NCBI GenBank assembly: GCA_045603225.1
Contig: JAZULT010000100.1
Coordinates: 249-64,248, forward strand
DNA length: 64,000 nucleotides
Direction of reading: 5' to 3'
Source: Clostridia bacterium
Lineage (GTDB): Bacteria; Bacillota; Clostridia; UBA1381
The first letter of the stretch is position 1. Every line of letters starts with the position of its first letter. This document shows, piece after piece, positions 1 through 9,568 of the stretch. Under the pieces are notes generated by a model. That model saw only the letters and a list, made by a program, of their open reading frames with translations, had not been told where the DNA came from and did not search any database. The position numbers and the translations under genes are program-made.

Positions 1-318
1 TTCAACGTGAGCCGGAACTGATGAAGAACCTGCGAACTGTGCGTCTGAATGCATTCTACCCATTGTATCAGTCATACCATAGGAAGCAGGACCTGCTGCC
101 ATGTTATCCGGATGAAGTGTACGGCCTGTACCACCACCTGATGCAACTGAGAAGTATTTCTTACCCTGTTCGATACATTCTTTCTTGTATGTGCCTGCAA
201 CAGGATGCTGGAATCTTGTTGGGTTAGTTGAGTTACCTGTGATAGATACGTCAACACCTTCAAGATGCATGATTGCAACACCTTCACGAACGTCGTCTGC
301 ACCGTAGCAGTTAACCTT
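1..318 (-). pseudogene. C-terminal continuation of the GGGtGRT-family reading frame, cut off from the upstream part by an in-frame TAA at 319-321. It runs off the window edge.
   Basis: Reverse translation in the same frame as 322..912 is open across 1-318. It reads KVNCYGADDVREGVAIMHLEGVDVSITGNSTNPTRFQHPVAGTYKKECIEQGKKYFSVASGGGTGRTLHPDNMAAGPASYGMTDTMGRMHSDAQFAGSSSVPAHVE and contains the family-defining GGGTGRT motif. Confidence 0.7.
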
Positions 319-912
319 TTAACGTTCACCGTCTGAGTAAGCAATCTTTTCAACAACTTCAACCTTACCTGTGTAATAGTCGAACTTTGTTTTGCAGTAT
401 GTGAAACCGTTGATTCTTGAGATAATCTGAGCGGCATCTTTACCGAGACCATTAAGAATAACTCTGAGCGGTTCTTTTCTTGCTTTGTTAGCGCTCTTTG
501 CAAGACCGATAGCACCTTCAGCAGCAGCGAATGATTCGTGACCTGCCAAGAATGCGAAACATTTTGTTTCTTCACGGAGAAGCATTGCACCAAGGTTACC
601 GTGACCGATACCAACTTTTCTGTCATCAGCAACTGAACCCGGGATACAGAATGACTGGAGTCCGAGTCCGATTTTTTCAGCAGCATCTGCAGCTACTGTA
701 CATCCGTCTTTAATAGCGATTGCAGCACCTACGATGTAAGCCCAGCAAGCGTTTTCGAAACAGATAGGCTGAATGCCTTTTACTATGTTATAAACATCAA
801 TGCCCTTATCATCACAAATCTGCTTAGCTTCTTCAATTGAGCCAATGCCGTGCTTTGCGAGTTCAGCATTAATCTGATCTATTCTTCTTTCATAACTTTC
901 AAATAAAGCCAT
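319..912 (-). CDS. GGGtGRT family protein, N-terminal 197 codons ending at a TAA that appears premature
   Basis: The ORF MALFESYERRIDQ...AYSDGER has a GGAGG-type RBS upstream (aaaggaggac on the - strand). The family is normally about 320-350 aa, and its signature motif lies downstream of this stop. Confidence 0.8.
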   Translation of the reverse strand: MALFESYERRIDQINAELAKHGIGSIEEAKQICDDKGIDVYNIVKGIQPICFENACWAYIVGAAIAIKDGCTVAADAAEKIGLGLQSFCIPGSVADDRKVGIGHGNLGAMLLREETKCFAFLAGHESFAAAEGAIGLAKSANKARKEPLRVILNGLGKDAAQIISRINGFTYCKTKFDYYTGKVEVVEKIAYSDGER

Positions 913-933
913 TATATTGTCCTCCTTTTCCGA

Positions 934-1626
934 TTATTCACGTCTCGGGTCGATGAGCTTAACTGCATCTTCCACACGACCGTACTGACCGCTTGCTTTT
1001 TCAAGAGCTGTATTAGCATCTTCACCTTTAGCAATCATTTCCATCATTTTTCCGAGGTGAACAAACTTATAACCGATAATCTGGTCATTAGCGTCAACTG
1101 CAACCTTTGTTATATAACCTTCTGCAAGTTCAAGATATCTCGGACCTTTAGCAAGTGTTGCATATGTAGTACCTGTCTGACTGCGAAGTCCCTTGCCGAG
1201 ATCTTCGAGACCTGCACCGATAGGAAGACCGTCTTCTGAGAAAGCTGTCTGAGTTCTTCCGTATACAATCTGGAGATAGAGTTCTCTCATAGCTGTGTTA
1301 ATAGCATCACAAACGAGGTCAGTGTTAAGAGCCTCAAGAAGTGTTTTGCCGATAAGAATTTCAGAAGCCATAGCTGCTGAATGTGTCATACCTGAACAAC
1401 CGATTGTTTCAACAAGCGCCTCCTGGATAACACCTTCTTTAACGTTTAAGGTAAGCTTACATGCGCCCTGCTGAGGTGCACACCAGCCGATACCGTGTGT
1501 AAGACCGGAAATATCAGAAATTTCCTTAACCTGTGTCCATTTACCTTCCTGAGGAATAGGTGCAGGACCGTGATATGCACCCTTAGCGAGGGGACACATC
1601 TGTTCAACTTCACTTGAATATTTCAT
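934..1626 (-). CDS. NifU-N-like iron-sulfur cluster scaffold family protein (usual partner of GGGtGRT genes)
   Basis: 230 aa with conserved Cys residues (GIGWCAPQQGAC, ETIGCSGMTH). RBS aaaggagc upstream. Sits 21 nt upstream of the GGGtGRT gene on the same strand. Confidence 0.7.
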   Translation of the reverse strand: MKYSSEVEQMCPLAKGAYHGPAPIPQEGKWTQVKEISDISGLTHGIGWCAPQQGACKLTLNVKEGVIQEALVETIGCSGMTHSAAMASEILIGKTLLEALNTDLVCDAINTAMRELYLQIVYGRTQTAFSEDGLPIGAGLEDLGKGLRSQTGTTYATLAKGPRYLELAEGYITKVAVDANDQIIGYKFVHLGKMMEMIAKGEDANTALEKASGQYGRVEDAVKLIDPRRE

Positions 1627-1672
1627 TTTCTGTTGCTCCTTTCATATCAATAGACATAATGTCTCTTCTACC

Positions 1673-1700
1673 ATTATAACATACTTTTTGAGTTTTGCAA
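1673..1700 (-). promoter_or_regulatory. Sigma-A type promoter for the NifU-like/GGGtGRT pair
   Basis: On the - strand: TTGCAA (1700-1695), 16 nt spacer, TGtTATAAT (-10 at 1678-1673), about 45 nt upstream of the ATG at 1626. Confidence 0.5.
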
Positions 1701-1856
1701 CAAATTTCGGTTAAAATAGTCATTTAAAACAAAAAAAAATCAAATTACGCGAGTTCATCTTTGCACTATGAAAGTGCATATTATACAAATTTATATCAAA
1801 TAGTTGCATTATTCAGGAATACGTGTTATAATAATAAGATAAAATATGTCAGGAAT

Positions 1857-1882
1857 AATTAACGTGAATAATCACGTTAATT
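1857..1882. promoter_or_regulatory. Perfect 11-bp inverted repeat AATTAACGTGA-ATAA-TCACGTTAATT, a candidate operator in the divergent intergenic region
   Basis: Left arm 1857-1867 is the exact reverse complement of right arm 1872-1882, with a 4-nt spacer. Confidence 0.4.
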
Positions 1883-2010
1883 GCCTCCGGCGGATTTTGT
1901 TGTCCGTGCGATATATTCACACCTTGTGTGAAAACGCACATGGACATAATTTCCATTATACGCCTTATCAGTCCACAGATAGGGTTGTATATATTTTTTA
2001 ATTACTATTT

Positions 2011-5000
2011 GTGGACAGAATGGCTATGGAAATTAGTATGAAAATTTCAGAACAGACTATCCGCAGACTTTGTTCTCCGGTTATATACAAAAGAGGCGTT
2101 GAATATTTTAATGAGGGAAGAGTTCATCTGAAAAAGAAGGAACAGCAAAGCGTTACAGCTGTAATTGATGGTGAAGCTGTTTACAGTACAAGTATTAAAT
2201 TTTCTGATGAAGGCAGTGTTGACTACTGTTTTTGTACATGCCCGTATTTCGAAACCATGGGCTCTGTTTGCAAGCACATCGTAGCTGCTGCTCTTCAGTT
2301 TAAGTCGGAGCTTGAAGGTATACCGAAAAGTACAGATGAAAATGAACGTATTTCTTCAGAATTTCTGACGGAGTTTATTAAACGGAATGAATCGCAGTTT
2401 GCTGTGCCTGTCAGATTTGAAATATGCCTCAGAAAAAATGATAAATCCGATGTGGGTTGCGGAATAAGGATTTTTATAGCAGATACACTTATTGAAAATC
2501 CTGAAGATTTTCTTGAATGTTGCGTAGAACACCGACTTTTTAAAGCAGGAAAAAAATATGAATTCATTCCGGGAAATGATACTTTTACTGCAGCTGAATG
2601 GAATGTTATTTCTGTTCTTGCGGAAAGCTACGAAAGCAGGAAAGTAAGAAGTGATTATTATATAAAAGTTCTGGGCGAAATACCGATTGGCGGTAAATCT
2701 GTCGAGAGAATTGCTTCTTTGATTTCACAGACTAATTATAATGTTGTTATGGACAGAGTTGACCTTGGAAGAGTTCCTGTAGTTGTAGGAAATCCCGAAA
2801 TATTCATAGATATTTCAGCTATGTTCAATGAAATAACCGTATTTTCTCCTGATTATGGAACGAGTATAACAAATTCGGGCTCTGTTTTCTATTATGAAGG
2901 TACTCTTTATATTACAGACGTACAGTGGATTAATGTATTTATGCCTCTGTACCATGCATTTGATACAGATAAAAGAACACAGATAACTTTCAAAAACAAA
3001 AATGCTCTTTCGTTTGCTTCAAATGTTCTTCCGGAAATGAAAAAACTAAGCGGAATAGTAACCGAAGGACTTGATGAATATATTATAAACGAGAAGCCGG
3101 AATTTACTGTTTTTATTGATTATAGTAATTTAAATATTCGCTGTAAGCTGAAGGCATCATACGGAACGGTATCGTTGTCGCTTCCCGAAAATGACGGTCA
3201 TGGAGAATATATTGTTGTGCGTGATGTTCAGGCTGAAAGTGAGCTTATTGACTTTTTTTCTGATTTCAGCTTCAGTTCAGGATATTATTACGGAAAAGAC
3301 AGCAATGTTATATTTGATTTTATTACCAATCGTATGTCTGAACTTAAGAAGAAATACAATGTGCTTGTTTCAGATGCATTTTCTGAACTTAAATTAAAGT
3401 CTGAAGTCGGAATTTCCGCTCAAATAAGGTATAATCCTGATATAAAGCTTCTTGAAGCGGTTCCGGATATTAAATTATCACCGGAGGAAATCAGAGAAAT
3501 ATATAACGCAATTGAATTTAAAAAGAAGTTTTACCGTTCGTCAACAGGTGAGTTTTATAATCTGGATACTGTTAAAAATGAATTGAGGCTTTTTGATTTC
3601 GTTATTGGTAAACACTCAGGAGACAGTATACAGCTTCCTGAATATAATCTTTTGTATCTTTATGCAGCTGCAGAAGTATACGGAAAAGAAAAGATAAACT
3701 GCTCTGAAGAAGTTTCAGGGTATGTAGAAAAATTAAAAAATGTTAAAGCTGAAATTCCAGATGAGCTTGAAAGTTCTTTGAGAGATTACCAAAAAATAGG
3801 CGTAGACTGGATGAAACAGCTTTCGATGCTTGGATTCGGCGGTATTCTGGCTGATGATATGGGTCTTGGAAAAACTGTTCAGATGCTTGCATTTCTTTAT
3901 GGTGAAAAAAGAGAAAAACCTGCACTTATAGTAACTCCTGCAGCACTCACTTATAACTGGCTTCATGAGGTGAATAAATTTTTGCCGTCAGCATCGGTAA
4001 TTATCATTGAAGGTACGAAGGAAGAGAGACTTGATAAAATAAATAAAATTAAAGAATATGATTTAGCTGTAGTATCATATACTTTGCTGAGGCGTGACAT
4101 AGAAGAATATGATAAACTGAGATTCTCTTTCTGTGTTCTTGACGAGGCTCAGGCGATAAAAAACCCTGGAACTATGAATGCAAAATCGGTAAAAAGAATA
4201 AAAGCTGATTATCGGTTTGCTCTTACAGGTACACCTATAGAAAATTCTCTTAAAGAACTCTGGTCTATATTCGATTTTCTCATTCCTGGATATCTTGGTT
4301 CTTTTCAGGAGTTTCATACTAATTATGAAATTCCGGCAGTAAAAGAGGGAGATGATGAGGCGATATCCGCACTTAAAACAAAAATAAAGCCATTTATTCT
4401 GAGAAGAATGAAAAAAGATGTTCTTTCTGAGCTTCCTGATAAAATAGAGGAAGTTGTTTACGCAAAAATGACTGAAGAACAGGAAAAGGTCTATGTTGCA
4501 TACAGGGCAATAGCTAAAGATAAAGCTGAGGAAGCAATCGGGGCTTCGGGAAAAGCCAATATAGAGGTTCTTACATTGCTATTAAGACTCAGACAGATAA
4601 GTTGTCATCCTTCGCTTTTTGATTCAGCATATAAGAAGGAAAGCGGTAAGCTTAATCTTCTTTATGAACAGATTGAAACTGCTATAGCTTCAGGACATCG
4701 AATACTTGTTTTTTCACAGTTTACAAGTATGCTAAGTATAATCTCCGCCGGCCTAAGAGAGCGTGGAATAACTTACTTTTATATAGATGGCGCAACACCT
4801 GCACAAAAACGAATAGAGTATGCTGACGAATTTAATTCCGGTAAAAATGATGTTTTTCTCATTTCGCTGAAAGCAGGGGGAACAGGTCTTAATCTTACAG
4901 GTGCTGATACGGTTATTCATTATGACCCATGGTGGAATCCTGCTGTAACCGACCAGGCTTCGGACAGAGCTTACAGGATAGGTCAGACTAAAAATGTACA

Positions 5001-5151
5001 TGTAATACGACTTGCTTCGGAAAATTCGATAGAATCAAAAATAATACAGCTTCAGGAGAAGAAAAGAAGCCTTGCGAAGGATATTATAAATATAAACTCT
5101 GAATCGCTTACAGGTTTGTCGAATGAGGAAATTCTCTCGCTTTTTGACTAA
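2011..5151 (+). CDS. SNF2-family helicase with N-terminal SWIM zinc finger
   Basis: SWIM CxCxnCxH motif (CFCTCPYFETMGSVCKHIVAA). SNF2 motifs ILADDMGLGKT, DEAQAIKN, LTGTPIENSL and a C-terminal helicase domain (QASDRAYRIGQ). The start is ambiguous: GTG 2011, ATG 2020 or ATG 2038. Confidence 0.9.
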   Translation: MDRMAMEISMKISEQTIRRLCSPVIYKRGVEYFNEGRVHLKKKEQQSVTAVIDGEAVYSTSIKFSDEGSVDYCFCTCPYFETMGSVCKHIVAAALQFKSELEGIPKSTDENERISSEFLTEFIKRNESQFAVPVRFEICLRKNDKSDVGCGIRIFIADTLIENPEDFLECCVEHRLFKAGKKYEFIPGNDTFTAAEWNVISVLAESYESRKVRSDYYIKVLGEIPIGGKSVERIASLISQTNYNVVMDRVDLGRVPVVVGNPEIFIDISAMFNEITVFSPDYGTSITNSGSVFYYEGTLYITDVQWINVFMPLYHAFDTDKRTQITFKNKNALSFASNVLPEMKKLSGIVTEGLDEYIINEKPEFTVFIDYSNLNIRCKLKASYGTVSLSLPENDGHGEYIVVRDVQAESELIDFFSDFSFSSGYYYGKDSNVIFDFITNRMSELKKKYNVLVSDAFSELKLKSEVGISAQIRYNPDIKLLEAVPDIKLSPEEIREIYNAIEFKKKFYRSSTGEFYNLDTVKNELRLFDFVIGKHSGDSIQLPEYNLLYLYAAAEVYGKEKINCSEEVSGYVEKLKNVKAEIPDELESSLRDYQKIGVDWMKQLSMLGFGGILADDMGLGKTVQMLAFLYGEKREKPALIVTPAALTYNWLHEVNKFLPSASVIIIEGTKEERLDKINKIKEYDLAVVSYTLLRRDIEEYDKLRFSFCVLDEAQAIKNPGTMNAKSVKRIKADYRFALTGTPIENSLKELWSIFDFLIPGYLGSFQEFHTNYEIPAVKEGDDEAISALKTKIKPFILRRMKKDVLSELPDKIEEVVYAKMTEEQEKVYVAYRAIAKDKAEEAIGASGKANIEVLTLLLRLRQISCHPSLFDSAYKKESGKLNLLYEQIETAIASGHRILVFSQFTSMLSIISAGLRERGITYFYIDGATPAQKRIEYADEFNSGKNDVFLISLKAGGTGLNLTGADTVIHYDPWWNPAVTDQASDRAYRIGQTKNVHVIRLASENSIESKIIQLQEKKRSLAKDIININSESLTGLSNEEILSLFD

Positions 5152-5209
5152 ACAACAGCGATTGTTGTGCTTGATAAGATATAAAGAATACAATTTTATT
5201 TAATTTTAC

Positions 5210-5238
5210 TTGACTTTACTGCATATATATGATAAAAT
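5210..5238 (+). promoter_or_regulatory. Sigma-A type promoter upstream of the small ORF/gdpP/rplI/dnaB run
   Basis: TTGACT (5210-5215), 17 nt spacer, TGaTAAAAT (-10 at 5233-5238). Confidence 0.55.
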
Positions 5239-5335
5239 TAGAAAATAGTGGGTTCTTATGCTTTTACAACAGAGTCCGTTTCCGGACATAGTATACAAAA
5301 GGTTTATTATTGTTTATTATGAAAGGAAGATTATT

Positions 5336-5662
5336 ATGGAACAGATTACAAATTTAACTACTAACATCAGGGCTATTGACAATATTAAAAGTGAGGTTTT
5401 ATGTGAAGTTGCAAGACTTTACAGAGAGCTTGCAGATTTCGTTGATGAAAATCTTTATGAAAATGTATCGGGAAGCATCGCAACGATTATCGCTATGGAT
5501 TATATTCTTGCAAGGCGTATGGGACTTCAGTTTTCAGATATAGATACAAAGATTGTCGAGTTGACTTCTATGGCCGCTGAAAATAATCATGAACTTGAGA
5601 CTGTTTTCGGTGATATGACTGATCTGGGGAATTATGTTAGAAGACGAATCAGAGAAATGTAA
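5336..5662 (+). CDS. Small cytoplasmic protein, possibly MazG-like family
   Basis: ATG at 5336 is preceded by gaaaggaag. The 108-aa helical protein lies in the position upstream of gdpP-rplI-dnaB where Clostridia often carry a MazG-like gene. The family assignment is from memory only. Confidence 0.55.
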   Translation: MEQITNLTTNIRAIDNIKSEVLCEVARLYRELADFVDENLYENVSGSIATIIAMDYILARRMGLQFSDIDTKIVELTSMAAENNHELETVFGDMTDLGNYVRRRIREM

Positions 5663-5690
5663 TAAATGTTTTTCTGTTGGAGGATGAGTT

Positions 5691-7694
5691 ATGAAAAAAA
5701 ATTATGTCAGGACATTAAACCGTTTATTAGGATTAACTTCCATTGCGGGAATACTCCTGATAGTACTTGGTGTATACACAGGATTTGCCGGTGGATTACC
5801 GGTGGGTATAGCATCAGTCATTATAGGACTTTTGATTATTATACGTATTTTTATTTTTTATAAAACAAAGGAAACTGAAGAAAATGAAATTGTTAATATG
5901 ATTTCCGGCGACCGTCAGGTAAATCATGGAAATGTATTGACACTTTTTCCAATGCCGATTTGTATTCTTCATATTACGGGAGACATTGTCTGGTACAATG
6001 AAGAAATGACATCTTTGACCTCAACTTCAGATTTGTATGGTATGAAAATAGATAAAATTATGCCGGGACTTAAATGGGGGTCGGTAATTAAATCGGGAAA
6101 AGTTGACCGTACTATTGAATACCGCGAAAAGCAGTATAATGTTAAAGGTGCTATAATTGCAGATAAAGATAAAACTGAGGAAGATAAGGATAAGTATTCG
6201 GTATATCTGTATTTCATTGATAAAACAAAAGAAATTCAGATCACAAGAAAATATCTTGAAGAGAGATATGATGTGGCTGTTATAAGTATAGACAATTACG
6301 ATTATCTTCTGCAAAAAACAGATGATTCTCAGGGGCAAGATATAATATATCAGGTTAATCAGTTTATTAATGCATGGATACGTGAATCAGGTGGTGTACT
6401 TAAAAAAATCGACAGAGATAAATATTTTGCGATTTTTGAGCACAAATATCTGGATATTTATATAGATAAAAAATTTGAGGTGCTCATAAAAGTACGTGAA
6501 CTCAGTGAAAATGTAAAATTACCGGTAAGTATTACAATGGGAATAGGAACCGGTGGAAATATTACTGAAAATGAAGCTGATGCGAGACACGCTCTCGATA
6601 TGGCTATCGGAAGAGGCGGTGATATGGTCGCTGTCAAAGAACCTACGCAATATAAGTTTTACGGAAGCAAAAACCGCGAATATGATAAGAGCACAAAAGC
6701 TAAAGCGCGCGCGGCAGCAATGGCTATACGCAGCTTTATAGATGATGTCGAAAATGTTGTAATTATGGGACATACAGGGATGGACTTCGACTGTTTCGGA
6801 GCTGCGATGGGGATGCAAAGAGCAGCAAGATGTGCAGGAAAACAGCCGTATATCATATGTGATAATATGTCAGGCGTTAAAAAAATGGTTGAAAGAGTAA
6901 ATGAAGTTTCCGATTACCAGGGAATGCTTATTTCACCAGAACAGGCTGAAACTATTGTTGATAAAAATACGATGATTGTCATAGTAGACACTCACCGTCC
7001 ATCACTGATTCCTTGTCCTAAGCTTCTTGAAAAAACAGACCGAATTATAATGATTGATCATCACAGACGTTCGACAGACTTTATTACGCCTGTTTCTCTT
7101 ACTCATCACGAACCGTATGCTTCTTCAACATGTGAAATGGTTACAGAGCTTCTTCAGTTTATGAATGTTGGTGAATCTCTTACAAATCTTGAAGCACAGT
7201 GTCTGTATATGGGAATACTTATGGATACAAAGAACTTTATACTGAAGACAGGAGTGAGAACCTTCGAAGCTGCATCGTATCTCCGACGTTACGGACTGGA
7301 TACTGTTGCGGTAAAACAAATGTTTGCTGTAGATAAGGCTATGTTTGACGAACGCTCCGAGATAGTAAGCGGAATGAAGCGTGTTTTTGACAATATTGCA
7401 ATTTCTGTTTGTCAGAAACAGTTTGATAATATGAGAGTTATTGCTTCTCAGGCTGCGGATGAAATGATGAACATTGAAAACATAGAAGCATCATTTGTTG
7501 TTTACCCGATGGATAGTCAGATTTGTATAAGCGGACGTTCCCTTGGTGAAGTTAATGTTCAGGAAATTCTTGAAAAACTTGGCGGGGGAGGACACCTTAC
7601 AGGTGCCGGAGCTCAGTTGTCGGGTTATTCATATGAAAAGGTGGAAGAAATGCTTTTAAATGCGATAGGAGATTATATTTTTTCAAACGATTAA
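5691..7694 (+). CDS. gdpP: Cyclic-di-AMP phosphodiesterase GdpP (membrane-anchored DHH/DHHA1 protein)
   Basis: Two N-terminal TM helices and a central PAS/degenerate GGDEF-like region. DHH motifs (VDTHRPS, IDHHRR) and the DHHA1 motif GGGGH. Conserved synteny with rplI-dnaB. GGAGG RBS. Confidence 0.9.
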   Translation: MKKNYVRTLNRLLGLTSIAGILLIVLGVYTGFAGGLPVGIASVIIGLLIIIRIFIFYKTKETEENEIVNMISGDRQVNHGNVLTLFPMPICILHITGDIVWYNEEMTSLTSTSDLYGMKIDKIMPGLKWGSVIKSGKVDRTIEYREKQYNVKGAIIADKDKTEEDKDKYSVYLYFIDKTKEIQITRKYLEERYDVAVISIDNYDYLLQKTDDSQGQDIIYQVNQFINAWIRESGGVLKKIDRDKYFAIFEHKYLDIYIDKKFEVLIKVRELSENVKLPVSITMGIGTGGNITENEADARHALDMAIGRGGDMVAVKEPTQYKFYGSKNREYDKSTKAKARAAAMAIRSFIDDVENVVIMGHTGMDFDCFGAAMGMQRAARCAGKQPYIICDNMSGVKKMVERVNEVSDYQGMLISPEQAETIVDKNTMIVIVDTHRPSLIPCPKLLEKTDRIIMIDHHRRSTDFITPVSLTHHEPYASSTCEMVTELLQFMNVGESLTNLEAQCLYMGILMDTKNFILKTGVRTFEAASYLRRYGLDTVAVKQMFAVDKAMFDERSEIVSGMKRVFDNIAISVCQKQFDNMRVIASQAADEMMNIENIEASFVVYPMDSQICISGRSLGEVNVQEILEKLGGGGHLTGAGAQLSGYSYEKVEEMLLNAIGDYIFSND

Positions 7695-7718
7695 TTAAAG
7701 AAAGGATACGGAATTGAT

Positions 7719-8165
7719 ATGAAACTTATATTAACACAAGATGTAAAAGGTCAGGGTAAAAAGGGAGAACTTGTTGAAGTGTCTGACGGATACGGCAGAA
7801 ACTATCTTCTTCCGAGGGGGCTTGCAAAAGAAGCTACAAAAGAAAATCTCAACGTAATGGAAGGTCAGGCTGCAAGTGCTGAATACAGACGTCAGAAAGC
7901 TCTCGAAGAAGCGCAGGAGCTTGCATCAAAAATTGATGAGATTACAGTTACCATGAAGACAAAAGCCGGTGAAAACGGAAAGCTTTTCGGAGCAATTACT
8001 TCAAAAGATGTTGCGGAAGCCCTTACAATGCAACATCATATAAAACTTGATAAAAAGAAATTTGTACTTCCGGGTGGAATAAAGATGCTTGGTGTAACTC
8101 AGGTTGAAATTAAAATACATCCCGGTGTGAGTGCAAAGCTTAAAGTAAATGTTATAACCGAGTGA
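7719..8165 (+). CDS. rplI: 50S ribosomal protein L9
   Basis: MKLILTQDVKGQGKKGELVEVSDGYGRNYLLPRGLA is the canonical L9 N-terminus. 148 aa. Confidence 0.97.
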   Translation: MKLILTQDVKGQGKKGELVEVSDGYGRNYLLPRGLAKEATKENLNVMEGQAASAEYRRQKALEEAQELASKIDEITVTMKTKAGENGKLFGAITSKDVAEALTMQHHIKLDKKKFVLPGGIKMLGVTQVEIKIHPGVSAKLKVNVITE

Positions 8166-8200
8166 TTTCGGTATTTTAAATCCTTTCGGGGTGGACGGTT

Positions 8201-9568
8201 ATGGATGAAAATAAAGGTATATTTATTGACAGAGAGCTTCCTTACAGTAAAGAAGCTGAAGAGGGGCTGGCGGGATGTATATTATCTGACGGAAAAAGTA
8301 TTTCCGCAGCTGCGGAAATACTGAAGCCTGATGATTTCTTTCTTGTTGCACCGCGTGAAATATATTCAGTGGCTATCGAACTTTTTAACGAGAATAAGCC
8401 TATTGACTATGTTTCTGTTGCTGAAATGCTATCAAAACGTGATAAGCTTGATGCTGTCGGAGGCGGTGCATATCTTGCAACTCTTGCCACATCTGCCTCA
8501 ACTTCTGAGCATACAGGATATTATGCTAATATTATTAAGCAAAAATCCGTAGTCAGAAAACTGATTGATGCTTCAACGTCGATATGCAAAATGGCTTATG
8601 ATGATAATGATGAGCTTGACAGACTTCTTGAACGTTCGGAGCAGATGATATACGATGTATCGGCATCGAAAGAAAAAAGCGACATTGTCCCGGTAAGTGA
8701 TGTAGTTCTTGAAGCTTATCAGACTATGGTTGAAAATGCGCAGAATTCGGGTAAAGTTAATGGTCTTGACACAGGTTTTCATATTCTGAATCATCGTACA
8801 GGTGGACTACATGGCGGAGAACTTGTCCTGATAGCCGGACGACCGGGTATGGGAAAATCAAGTTTTGCGGTTAATATTGCTGAACACGCAGCATTTAAAA
8901 CCGGAAAAACAGTTGCTATATTTAACCTGGAAATGCCTAAGGTTCAAATTGTTAACAGACTGATGTGTTCTCAGGCGCAGGTTGATTCATTTAAGTTGAA
9001 ATCCGGTGAAATAGATGTTGATGATTGGACACGAATAGGTCATGCTATGAATAGATTCTACCGTGCTCCGATGTACATTGATGATACGGCAACTATTACT
9101 GTTTCTGAAATACGTGCAAAATGCAGAAGACTTAAACAGTCAAAACAGCTTGCGCTGATTGTAATCGACTATCTGCAGCTCATGCAATCTTCAAGCCGTA
9201 CGGAGAGCAGACAACAGGAAATTTCCGAAATTTCGCGTTCTCTTAAAATACTTGCAAAAGAACTCAATGTTCCAGTTATTGCACTTTCTCAGCTTTCAAG
9301 AAATGTTGAAAACAGAAGCGATAAGCGTCCCATGCTTTCAGATTTGAGAGAATCGGGTGCAATTGAACAGGATGCGGATATTGTAATGTTTCTATACCGT
9401 GATGAATATTATAATAAGGATTCCCAGGATAAAGGAAAAGCTGAATGTATCATAGCAAAGCATAGAAGCGGTGAAACCGGAATGTTTAAACTTGGATGGG
9501 AAGGAAGATATACGAGATTTCTCAATATTGAATATGATGAAAATACAGACGGAAAACAAGATTCTTAA
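8201..9568 (+). CDS. dnaB: Replicative DNA helicase DnaB
   Basis: Walker A GRPGMGKSSF, IVIDYLQLM and LSQLSR motifs. 455 aa. Immediately downstream of rplI. Confidence 0.97.
   Translation: MDENKGIFIDRELPYSKEAEEGLAGCILSDGKSISAAAEILKPDDFFLVAPREIYSVAIELFNENKPIDYVSVAEMLSKRDKLDAVGGGAYLATLATSASTSEHTGYYANIIKQKSVVRKLIDASTSICKMAYDDNDELDRLLERSEQMIYDVSASKEKSDIVPVSDVVLEAYQTMVENAQNSGKVNGLDTGFHILNHRTGGLHGGELVLIAGRPGMGKSSFAVNIAEHAAFKTGKTVAIFNLEMPKVQIVNRLMCSQAQVDSFKLKSGEIDVDDWTRIGHAMNRFYRAPMYIDDTATITVSEIRAKCRRLKQSKQLALIVIDYLQLMQSSSRTESRQQEISEISRSLKILAKELNVPVIALSQLSRNVENRSDKRPMLSDLRESGAIEQDADIVMFLYRDEYYNKDSQDKGKAECIIAKHRSGETGMFKLGWEGRYTRFLNIEYDENTDGKQDS

Noticed and set aside
72-686. 204-aa minus-strand ORF overlapping the GGGtGRT gene in another frame
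   Set aside because: It has a low-complexity composition rich in Leu, Ser, Thr, Val and Gln with no motifs. It lies entirely inside a region whose other frame encodes a recognisable conserved protein.
2011-5151. SWIM-SNF2 helicase as part of a phage-defence island
   Set aside because: No methyltransferase, nuclease or other defence partner is adjacent. The flanking genes are housekeeping. Stand-alone SWIM-SNF2 (YwqA-like) genes are common in Firmicutes.
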